DNA of 64,000 bases from Bacillota bacterium. Its GTDB lineage: Bacteria > Bacillota > Clostridia > Oscillospirales > Acutalibacteraceae. Positions 9,708 to 17,157 of the stretch are shown piece after piece. Under the pieces are notes generated by a model that saw only the letters and a list, made by a program, of their open reading frames with translations, had not been told where the DNA came from and made no database searches. Both the position numbers and the translations under genes were made by a program. The DNA lies in contig JAEZGM010000038.1 of NCBI GenBank assembly GCA_023416955.1, positions 18,648 through 82,647 on the forward strand. Reading direction: 5' to 3'. How positions within the stretch are numbered: position 1 is the first letter of the stretch; each line of letters starts with the position of its first letter.

Positions 9708-9863
9708 CATAAAAAGCGAAAATAGTCAGCTTTCATAAAAAGGGAGGGGCTTTTTGGGGTAGAGGGCGAGAAGTATCGTTTCAAGTGTAAGAAGACTTCA
9801 AGCGTCTTGAGTCACCGTCAGTAAAACGGGATTTGCCGAAGGAGTGATAAAGTGATTTTTTTC

Positions 9864-9892
9864 TTGACGAGGAGAAATAATAGTGATATTAT
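9864..9892 (+). promoter_or_regulatory. Candidate sigma-A promoter of the TrmB-MATE cassette
   Basis: TTGACG (9864-9869), a 17-nt spacer, then TATTAT (9887-9892) with TG at -15/-14. It lies 37 nt upstream of the ATG. Confidence 0.5.
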
Positions 9893-9928
9893 AGTGGTAC
9901 AAATTATACAACGCTTTTAGGAGGCCAT

Positions 9929-10717
9929 ATGGATGAGATTAATAATAACCTGATTCGATTAAACTTTTCAAAACTGGAATCACAGATTTATCTTACATTG
10001 CTGGAGGGTGGAGAACTTTCGGGATATCAGATTGCAAAGAAAATAGGTGTGGCTCGTTCTTCCGTATACCCCGCTCTGGAAGGGATGCTGAATAAAGGAT
10101 ATGTGCTGCTTTTGCCGGAAGAAACACAAATTTATCAGGCGCAGAATCCTTCGGCACTTATTAGTCGATTGAAAAATGATTTTCTTACTTCGGCAGATTC
10201 AGCCGAAAAACAACTTCAAAGCTTGTACGAGGAAAAATACGAAGAAAAATTCAGTAACATTAAAGGATTTGAAAATGTAGTTGCAAAAGCAAAAGAAATT
10301 TTGATTTCCGCAAAAGAAGAAGTCTATATGAATACTGATTTTGACCTTTATCTTTTTAATCATGAATGGAAAATTTTGAAGCAGAACCATGTTAGGGTCA
10401 TTGTATTCTCTTTTGCTCCACTTAATTGTGACGGCCTTGGCCTTGAATTCTATACACATGGTCAAGAAGCTTGCAAAGATGAAATGCCATCCAGAGTCAT
10501 GCTGGTGGCAGACTGCAAAATGACTCTGATTGCGGATACCTATAAGGACAGAGGAAACTGGCTCGGAACAGTTACCAATAATGTATTAATGGTATCCATT
10601 ATTTCCGAGCATATTCATAACGATATTTATCTTCTGAAGCTGGGAGAAAAATATGGAAATGAGCTGATCGACGAAAGCATTAAACTACATAGTATGCTGG
10701 AAAAAGGAAGAAAATGA
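9929..10717 (+). CDS. TrmB-family transcriptional regulator
   Basis: 262 aa with an N-terminal TrmB winged-helix signature (ESQIYLTLLEGGELSGYQIAKKIGVARSSVYPALEGMLNKGYV). AGGAGG RBS. Confidence 0.85.
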   Translation: MDEINNNLIRLNFSKLESQIYLTLLEGGELSGYQIAKKIGVARSSVYPALEGMLNKGYVLLLPEETQIYQAQNPSALISRLKNDFLTSADSAEKQLQSLYEEKYEEKFSNIKGFENVVAKAKEILISAKEEVYMNTDFDLYLFNHEWKILKQNHVRVIVFSFAPLNCDGLGLEFYTHGQEACKDEMPSRVMLVADCKMTLIADTYKDRGNWLGTVTNNVLMVSIISEHIHNDIYLLKLGEKYGNELIDESIKLHSMLEKGRK

Positions 10718-10718
10718 T

Positions 10719-12104
10719 ATGGATCAACCGAAAAAAACAGATGATACCTATGAATCTGGCAATCTGAAAAGTATGCTGGCACTTGCTATTCCTATTTCTA
10801 TACAAAGCTTGTTTCAGTATTCGTTAAGTGTTATCGATCAGGTTATGGTTGGACAGCTTGGAACCAACAGTGTAGCGGCGGTTGGTCTCGGCTCTAATTT
10901 TCCAAATGTCTTTATTGTTACGCTGGCTGCGATAGGAACATCAGCTTCCATTATGATTGCACAGTTTTTCGGGATTAAAGATAAACGCAGTATCAGGCGA
11001 GCCTTTTTTTGCAACAGTCTTTTGGCCTTACTTGTGACCCTGTTGTTTTTTATTCCGTCATTTGCCTTACCAAAGCTTATCATTTCCCTTTACACTTTCG
11101 ATACCAATGTAATTCCGCTTGCTTCCAACTATTTGCAAATTATCGCGCCGGGGTACCTATTCCTGTTGATTACCGTTATGATATCCGCGTTGCTGCGCAA
11201 TACCGGCAAGGCGAAAATCCCTATGATGACCGGGATTATCTCCGTCGCGTTGAATACGCTGCTAAATTATGTTTTGATTTTTGGCAGGTTGGGGTTCCCT
11301 GCGCTTGGAATTATTGGCACCGCCGTCGCTACCACTTTGACACGGTTCATTGAGTCTGTATTGTTAATCTTGTTTTTATATTTTAGTCGTGATAAGGCTC
11401 ATGAAGGCATAGAAAAGGTTTATGTTAACATCGGTAAGATGATGAAACAAACTATTCGGATTGCTGCTCCGGTCGTGCTGAACGAATTTCTCTGGGGCGT
11501 TGGAAGTACTGTTTACAGTATAATTTATGGCAGAATTGGCACGGAAGATATGGCTGCGATGACACTGACGAATCCGGTACAGAGCCTTTTAATTGGTCTG
11601 TTCAGCGGATTCTCTACAGCTGCAGCCATATTGGTAGGAAACTGCCTTGGCCGGAATGATTTTACATCAGCTTATTATACCGCTATAAAAATTTTAAAGT
11701 TTTCTATTATTTGTTCGGCTGCCGCAGGGGGAATATTGATTCTTTCCTCTAACATATATGTACATCTTTTTCATGTTGAACCGGATGTCCAGAAAAACTG
11801 CATTCGTATCTTATATGTTTTCGCTTCTCTGTTGTGTATCAAGGTTGGAAATATGATTGTTGCCGGAGGAATTTTAAGATGCGGCGGAAAAACACGATAT
11901 TCCCTGTATCTGGACCTGCTTGGAACCTGGTGTATTGGCATTCCTTTAGGCCTGCTGGCAGCTGTTGTATTTAAGTTGGATATTCAGTGGGTTTATCTGG
12001 CAATTTCTGTTGAGGAAGTTATTCGATTTATCCTTGGAATAGGTATTCTGCGTTCAAAACGATGGATGAACAGCATCGCTCAGCCTGAATCAGCCTTCGG
12101 ATGA
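10719..12104 (+). CDS. MATE-family efflux transporter
   Basis: 461 aa and highly hydrophobic, consistent with about 12 TM segments. It has a MatE-like duplicated architecture and starts 2 nt after the regulator's stop. Confidence 0.9.
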   Translation: MDQPKKTDDTYESGNLKSMLALAIPISIQSLFQYSLSVIDQVMVGQLGTNSVAAVGLGSNFPNVFIVTLAAIGTSASIMIAQFFGIKDKRSIRRAFFCNSLLALLVTLLFFIPSFALPKLIISLYTFDTNVIPLASNYLQIIAPGYLFLLITVMISALLRNTGKAKIPMMTGIISVALNTLLNYVLIFGRLGFPALGIIGTAVATTLTRFIESVLLILFLYFSRDKAHEGIEKVYVNIGKMMKQTIRIAAPVVLNEFLWGVGSTVYSIIYGRIGTEDMAAMTLTNPVQSLLIGLFSGFSTAAAILVGNCLGRNDFTSAYYTAIKILKFSIICSAAAGGILILSSNIYVHLFHVEPDVQKNCIRILYVFASLLCIKVGNMIVAGGILRCGGKTRYSLYLDLLGTWCIGIPLGLLAAVVFKLDIQWVYLAISVEEVIRFILGIGILRSKRWMNSIAQPESAFG

Positions 12105-12131
12105 ATGAAGGGAGCGCTATAACACTAATAT

Positions 12132-12236
12132 TATAATCAGTTCATTTGAAAACAGAGCCAATCGCCAAGCTTAAAATCCATAGATCAAAGATTTTGCGCT
12201 TATTTCTTGGATGTTTTCTAAAGTGAACTGACTATA
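12132..12236 (+). repeat. Hairpin repeat family 1, copy B, 105 bp (long variant)
   Basis: The left 32 nt match copy C at 29 of 32 positions and the right about 36 nt are near-identical. The centre carries about 35 extra nt. Confidence 0.85.
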
Positions 12237-12260
12237 GAAACGAATTAATGATGATATCAA

Positions 12261-12303
12261 AATAACGGCCTGCCGGAGATTAATCTCCGGCAGGCCGTTA
12301 TTT
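12261..12303 (+). terminator. Perfect 20-bp palindromic hairpin, likely terminator closing the TrmB-MATE cassette
   Basis: AATAACGGCCTGCCGGAGAT-TA-ATCTCCGGCAGGCCGTTATT followed by only a short T tract (TTT). Confidence 0.65.
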
Positions 12304-12360
12304 GTAATGCGTTCTCCAGCTTTGCCGTGGGTCAACTATTTATTTCCGGCGATACAATTT

Positions 12361-12393
12361 TTGACACAAAGTTTATCTTGCCACCGCTATAAT
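12361..12393 (+). promoter_or_regulatory. Candidate spoIIG promoter with over-long spacer (Spo0A-type architecture)
   Basis: TTGACA (12361-12366), a 21-nt spacer, then TATAAT (12388-12393). TTTGACA at 12360-12366 matches the 0A-box complement TTCGACA at 6 of 7 positions. Confidence 0.5.
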
Positions 12394-12422
12394 TTATGTT
12401 AAAGCGGCAGGGAGGGTTGCCC

Positions 12423-13247
12423 ATGAAGCAGACGATTTATATAGATGTTCTGTTGGGGATCAATCTTTTTATCAATTATTTTCTGCTGCTGTCCGTGTCG
12501 AAATTTTTGTCCATTCCGCTCCAGCGTATGCGCCTGCTTTTTGGCTCGCTGCTTGGGGCGGTTTATTCCCTTTCTATTTTGCTGCCCGAAATTCCCGTTG
12601 TACTGTCCTTACTGATGAAGCTGGCAATGTCGGCAACCATTATTCTGGTTTCATATCCGTTTCATGGATTAAAAGAATTCTTGCGTGAACTGGCTGATTT
12701 TTATATCATCAGTTTTTCGTTTGCCGGATTAATGATTGCGGTTTGGTATTTCATTGCCCCGCAGGGGATGATTATCAATAACTCCGTCGTTTACTTCAAT
12801 ATATCTCCTTTAGTACTTATTTTGCTGACGGTTGTGTGCTACCTTGTGATCCGCTTAATCAACAGGATCACCGGGCGGCAGGCACCGGACTCACTTTACT
12901 GCCGGATACAAATCGAATACGGCGGTAATAAATCAGACTGCATGGCAAAGGTTGACACCGGAAATTCACTTTGCGAGCCATTTTCCAATTATCCGGTTGT
13001 CGTGGTTTGCGATGAATACATAAACGGGATGCTTCCGCCGGAAAGCAGCGGAAAAATCCGGTTTGTTCCGTTCCACGCGGTCTCCGGCGAAGGACTCCTT
13101 CCTGCGTTTAAGCCGGATAAGCTCATTATTCACTGCGCCGGAAAGCAATATGAACAGAAGAATGTTTACATAGCGGTTGCCACAAAAAAGCTGGGTGACA
13201 CCGGCGCACTTTTAAATCCGGATTTGTTGCAAAAAACGTCTGCCTAA
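12423..13247 (+). CDS. spoIIGA: Sigma-E processing peptidase SpoIIGA
   Basis: Five N-terminal TM segments plus a C-terminal aspartic protease domain with the DTGN motif (AKVDTGNSL). GGGAGGG RBS before ATG 12423. It lies directly upstream of sigE. Confidence 0.88.
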   Translation: MKQTIYIDVLLGINLFINYFLLLSVSKFLSIPLQRMRLLFGSLLGAVYSLSILLPEIPVVLSLLMKLAMSATIILVSYPFHGLKEFLRELADFYIISFSFAGLMIAVWYFIAPQGMIINNSVVYFNISPLVLILLTVVCYLVIRLINRITGRQAPDSLYCRIQIEYGGNKSDCMAKVDTGNSLCEPFSNYPVVVVCDEYINGMLPPESSGKIRFVPFHAVSGEGLLPAFKPDKLIIHCAGKQYEQKNVYIAVATKKLGDTGALLNPDLLQKTSA

Positions 13248-13314
13248 ATCTGGCCGTAGACAGACGCGTTTATCAAACCGCGGCGGCAGCGGCAAAAGGG
13301 AAAGAGTGAGTAAA

Positions 13315-14037
13315 ATGGAAGTGAACACACGAATCAGGGAACTGGCAAAGAAACTGACGGACTTATGGCTGAGGTTTGGCCTTGGGGGCGACATCCATTA
13401 TATCAATGGACCGGAAACGCTTCCTCCGCCGCTGACCCGGCAGGAGGAAGAGAGGGTAATGCAGAACATCCTTGATGATGTTCCGAACGCGCGGGAGCCG
13501 CTCATTACCCACAACCTCCGTCTGGTCGTCTACATTGCAAAAAAATTTGAGTCGAGCAGCGCCAGCGTGGAGGACTTGATTTCAATCGGAACAATCGGGC
13601 TGATCAAAGCAGTCAACACATTCTGCCCGGAGCGAAACATCAAGCTGGCAACCTACGCTTCCCGATGTATCGAAAATGAAATACTGATGTACCTTCGAAA
13701 AAGTTCACAGCTGAAAAATGAAATTTCCATAGACGATCCATTGAACGTCGATTGGGACGGCAATGAATTGCTTCTTTCCGATATTCTTGGCAGTGATCAG
13801 GACACGGTGAACCACGACATAGAACAGGAGGTGGAACGCGATCTGCTGCTCAGCGCGGTCTCGCACCTTGCGCCGCGTGAGCGGGAAATTATGGAGCTTC
13901 GGTTTGGACTGAACAATACCAAGGAACATACACAAAAGGAAGTAGCGGATGCGCTGGGAATTTCACAGTCCTACATATCCCGGCTGGAAAAACGTATCAT
14001 TGAGCGTTTGAAAAAAGATCTGGAAAGGGTAAGCTAG
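13315..14037 (+). CDS. sigE: RNA polymerase sporulation sigma factor E (pro-sigma-E)
   Basis: Pro-sequence followed by [13 protein letters not shown] and [12 protein letters not shown], closely parallel to B. subtilis SigE. Regions 2 and 4 are present. Confidence 0.92.
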   Translation: MEVNTRIRELAKKLTDLWLRFGLGGDIHYINGPETLPPPLTRQEEERVMQNILDDVPNAREPLITHNLRLVVYIAKKFESSSASVEDLISIGTIGLIKAVNTFCPERNIKLATYASRCIENEILMYLRKSSQLKNEISIDDPLNVDWDGNELLLSDILGSDQDTVNHDIEQEVERDLLLSAVSHLAPREREIMELRFGLNNTKEHTQKEVADALGISQSYISRLEKRIIERLKKDLERVS

Positions 14038-14096
14038 CACAAAATAAATATTTTGTATAATATATTTATTAAAATACATAAGCAGTATGGGGAAGA

Positions 14097-14167
14097 TATA
14101 GTCAGTTAATTTGAAAACAGAACCAATCTCTATTTTCTTGGATGTTTTCTAAAGTTGACTGACTATA
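14097..14167 (+). repeat. Hairpin repeat family 1, copy C, 71 bp
   Basis: TATAGTCAGTTAATTTGAAAAC...GTTTTCTAAAGTTGACTGACTATA, starting 60 nt after the sigE stop. Confidence 0.85.
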
Positions 14168-14220
14168 AAAAGTGAAAGCAAAGTCGATGCTTTCATAATA
14201 ATTGAAATATTACCATATAA

Positions 14221-14262
14221 CCAGACAGCCAATGCCTTCAAAGCATTAGCTGTCTGGTTTTT
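14221..14262 (+). terminator. Terminator hairpin between convergent sigE and the glycosylase gene
   Basis: CCAGACAGC...GCTGTCTGG forms a 9-bp outer stem with an inner AATGC/GCATT stem, followed by TTTTT. Confidence 0.6.
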
Positions 14263-14268
14263 ACAGTT

Positions 14269-14757
14269 TTAAGCATATTGCAAAATAACCCGATATGATT
14301 CGATTAAGCGTTCGAGGTTGTAGTAACGGCAGTTCGCCGGGCTGGTGGAGGGCAGCGCAACAGCCGGGCCGGCACTGCGACTGCAAAAGCGTTGATACAG
14401 TGAAGCCGCCTTCGCTCCAGTTGTAAATATTTTCGAGATGTTGGTCTGCCGCAGCAGCCTGGTAATATCGTTCGGCACCGGGTCTTTGATGCTGCAGTCG
14501 TCAGCGCCCTCAATACGGCAGCTTTGCAGAACGTCCCAGAGCGCGATGTGATGCCGCAGAACAAACGCGGTTTTCTCTTCTGTGGATTGGGGCAGCACAT
14601 CTTCGTAAAGTGCGGAAAGAACGCGCCAAAACCGGTTTTGCGGATGAGAATAATAAAAGCCCAGTTCACGGGATTTCGGGGAGGGCATTGTTCCCAGAAT
14701 CAGAATTTTTGAGTTTTGATCGTAAACAGAGGAAAGGGTATGCTCAATATATTCCAT
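14269..14757 (-). CDS. Uracil-DNA glycosylase superfamily protein (DNA-deoxyinosine glycosylase-like)
   Basis: 162 aa with a UDG-fold signature (ILILGTMPSPKS ... HPQNRFW ... PSTSPAN). Confidence 0.7.
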   Translation of the reverse strand: MEYIEHTLSSVYDQNSKILILGTMPSPKSRELGFYYSHPQNRFWRVLSALYEDVLPQSTEEKTAFVLRHHIALWDVLQSCRIEGADDCSIKDPVPNDITRLLRQTNISKIFTTGAKAASLYQRFCSRSAGPAVALPSTSPANCRYYNLERLIESYRVILQYA

Positions 14758-14758
14758 T

Positions 14759-16093
14759 CTATTTGTTCCTTATCTCTTCGGCGCGCCGCAGCAGATCTTC
14801 CCGCCGATTTGCGCGGGCACCCTCCATAACTTCTTTTAAAAGAGCGGTCAAAATTCTGCCGATTTCGGGGCCGGGAGGAATCCCAAGCGCGATTAGATCT
14901 GCGCCGTTAATCTGAAGATCTTTTAAAGAAAAGCAGGCTCTTTGTCCGATGATTTGTTCCAGCATCGCTTTTGCCGTTTTCAGCTCGCCGATTCTGTCCA
15001 GATAAACGGGATTCTGCGCGTGAATATCGGCCTGCTTGATTTGAAACAGCAGACGTACGTTTTCTTCGCCGAACTGATTCAGCCGCCGCAGTAAAATGTG
15101 CTCGTCGGCGGGAAGGGAAATATCGTGGTGCTCCACAAGGAGCGTGATTTGCCGCGCAGATGCATTGTCAAAGCGAAGCCGATCGAGAATATTTTTCGTG
15201 ATTTCCCGGCTTTTGGAACCGTGCCCGTAAAAGTGCCCGACGCTGTTTTCATCCTGTGAGTAGCTGGCCGGTTTCCCAATATCGTGCAGCAGAACCGCAA
15301 GGCGCAGAACAGGGGTTGGAGGCGTAAATTCCAAGGCTTTCAGTGTATGCTCCCAAACGTCATAAACATGATGCGGGTTATTCTGCGGGAAGTTCACCAT
15401 GGCGTTTATTTCCGGCAGAAAACGGCCGATGACAGGCTGATATTCACGTAGCACCTGCACGGCGTTCTTCCCGCAAAGCAGTTTCACAAATTCTGTGCGA
15501 ATCCGTTCCTTCGCAATCAAATCCAGCAACGCGGCATTACATAGGATGCTTTCGGATGTATCCGGCTCAATGCTGAATCCCAGCGTGGAAGAAAAACGAA
15601 GCGCGCGCAGAATACGCAGGCCGTCCTCCTGAAAACGCCGATCGGGCTCGCCGACACAGCGAATTCTTTGGCGAAGAATGTCTTTCATACCGCCGAAGCA
15701 GTCCACAATTCCCTTTCCCGGGTAATAAGCGAGGGCGTTGATCGTAAAATCCCTGCGGGCAAGGTCGCTTTCCAGATTTTCAGTAAAAGTTACCGAGTCG
15801 GGGTGCCGTCCGTCCGTGTATGCTCCGTCAATGCGGAATGCGGTGACCTCAACCGGGGTATGGTCTGCCAGCACGGTAAGAGTGCCGTGCCTGATGCCTG
15901 TTTCAATCAACGGATACTGATTCAGTACCTGTTTCATTTCATCGGGCCGTGCGGCTGTGGTAACATCCCAGTCGTTCGGCTCAAAGCCCATGATGCTGTC
16001 ACGCACACATCCGCCCACCACATAGGAATCGTATCCGGCATCCGTCAGCTCATTCAGTACGGCTTGGACAGGTTCAGGTATATGGATTTCCAT
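14759..16093 (-). CDS. cca: CCA-adding tRNA nucleotidyltransferase with HD domain
   Basis: 444 aa with a PolyA_pol head (VVGGCVRDS, DWDV) and an HD domain (LLHDIGK). Confidence 0.9.
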   Translation of the reverse strand: MEIHIPEPVQAVLNELTDAGYDSYVVGGCVRDSIMGFEPNDWDVTTAARPDEMKQVLNQYPLIETGIRHGTLTVLADHTPVEVTAFRIDGAYTDGRHPDSVTFTENLESDLARRDFTINALAYYPGKGIVDCFGGMKDILRQRIRCVGEPDRRFQEDGLRILRALRFSSTLGFSIEPDTSESILCNAALLDLIAKERIRTEFVKLLCGKNAVQVLREYQPVIGRFLPEINAMVNFPQNNPHHVYDVWEHTLKALEFTPPTPVLRLAVLLHDIGKPASYSQDENSVGHFYGHGSKSREITKNILDRLRFDNASARQITLLVEHHDISLPADEHILLRRLNQFGEENVRLLFQIKQADIHAQNPVYLDRIGELKTAKAMLEQIIGQRACFSLKDLQINGADLIALGIPPGPEIGRILTALLKEVMEGARANRREDLLRRAEEIRNK

Positions 16094-16231
16094 GATCTCA
16101 TTCCCCCCTCAATCAAACAAATTCTGTCCGTTTGCATCCTTTTTGGAAACTTTCCAAAATATTATTCCCAGTATACACTTTTTACAGTCGGAAAAGCAAG
16201 AAGCGGCCCGTTCAATAAAAATTTTTCCTCT

Positions 16232-16261
16232 GCATGATACCTTATGTTCGTGGCAATACTG
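16232..16261 (+). promoter_or_regulatory. Candidate forespore (sigma-F/sigma-G type) promoter of sigG
   Basis: GCATG (16232-16236), a 15-nt spacer, then GGCAATACTG (16252-16261). This fits the sigma-F pattern GYATA-N15-GGnnAnAHTR. Confidence 0.5.
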
Positions 16262-16293
16262 TTACTGAATTACAGACATAGGGGGCGCGGAGT

Positions 16294-17064
16294 ATGCAGT
16301 ATAACAAGGTTGAAATCTGTGGCGTAAATACATCGAAATTGAAGGTACTTACGGAAAAAGAAAAGATGGAATTGCTTCGCCGGATTAAAACCGGTGATAT
16401 GTCCGCCCGCGATGAATTAATCAACGGGAATCTGCGCCTTGTCCTCAGTGTCATACAGCGCTTTACCAACCGCGGGGAAAATTTGGACGACCTGTTTCAG
16501 GTAGGCGTGATTGGCCTGATTAAAGCAATCGACCATTTTGATACTGAACAGGGCGTGCGTTTTTCCACTTATGGGGTGCCGATGATTATCGGGGAGATCA
16601 GGCGCTATCTGCGTGACAATAACTCAATCCGCGTCAGTCGTTCCCTGCGTGATACCGCGTACAAGGCTATGCAGATCAAAGAAAAAATGACTTCGGAAAA
16701 TAACCGTGAGCCGACAATTGAAGAAATTGCGAAGGAACTGAACCTGCCGCGTGAGGACGTTGTACTTGCGCTGGAATCCATTGTGGAGCCGGTTTCTCTG
16801 TATGAACCCGTTTTTTCCGACGGGGGAGATACCATTTATGTGATGGATCAGGTCGGCGACAACAACGATGATTCCAATTGGTTGGATGAGATTGCGCTGA
16901 AAGAAGCAATCAAGGATTTGAACAGCCGTGAAAAACGAATTCTTTCCATGCGCTTTTTTCAGGGAAAAACGCAAATGGAGGTCGCTTCGGAAATAGGAAT
17001 CAGCCAGGCGCAGGTTTCGCGCCTTGAAAAGGCCGCGCTCGATAAAATCAAGAAGGACATTTAG
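16294..17064 (+). CDS. sigG: RNA polymerase sporulation sigma factor G
   Basis: N-terminus NKVEICGVNTSKLKVL and NGNLRLVLSVIQRF...DDLFQVG..GL.K.ID.F...FSTY.VPMIIGEIRRYLRDNN.IRVSRSLRD are near-identical in pattern to B. subtilis SigG. Confidence 0.92.
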   Translation: MQYNKVEICGVNTSKLKVLTEKEKMELLRRIKTGDMSARDELINGNLRLVLSVIQRFTNRGENLDDLFQVGVIGLIKAIDHFDTEQGVRFSTYGVPMIIGEIRRYLRDNNSIRVSRSLRDTAYKAMQIKEKMTSENNREPTIEEIAKELNLPREDVVLALESIVEPVSLYEPVFSDGGDTIYVMDQVGDNNDDSNWLDEIALKEAIKDLNSREKRILSMRFFQGKTQMEVASEIGISQAQVSRLEKAALDKIKKDI

Positions 17065-17157
17065 GTCTTGCCCATCAAATTTTAAGATAATCTTCATGTA
17101 GCCGTCACATAGCAAAATTATAATAAGCGCTGCAATAGATAAATGGAGGGACTCACT

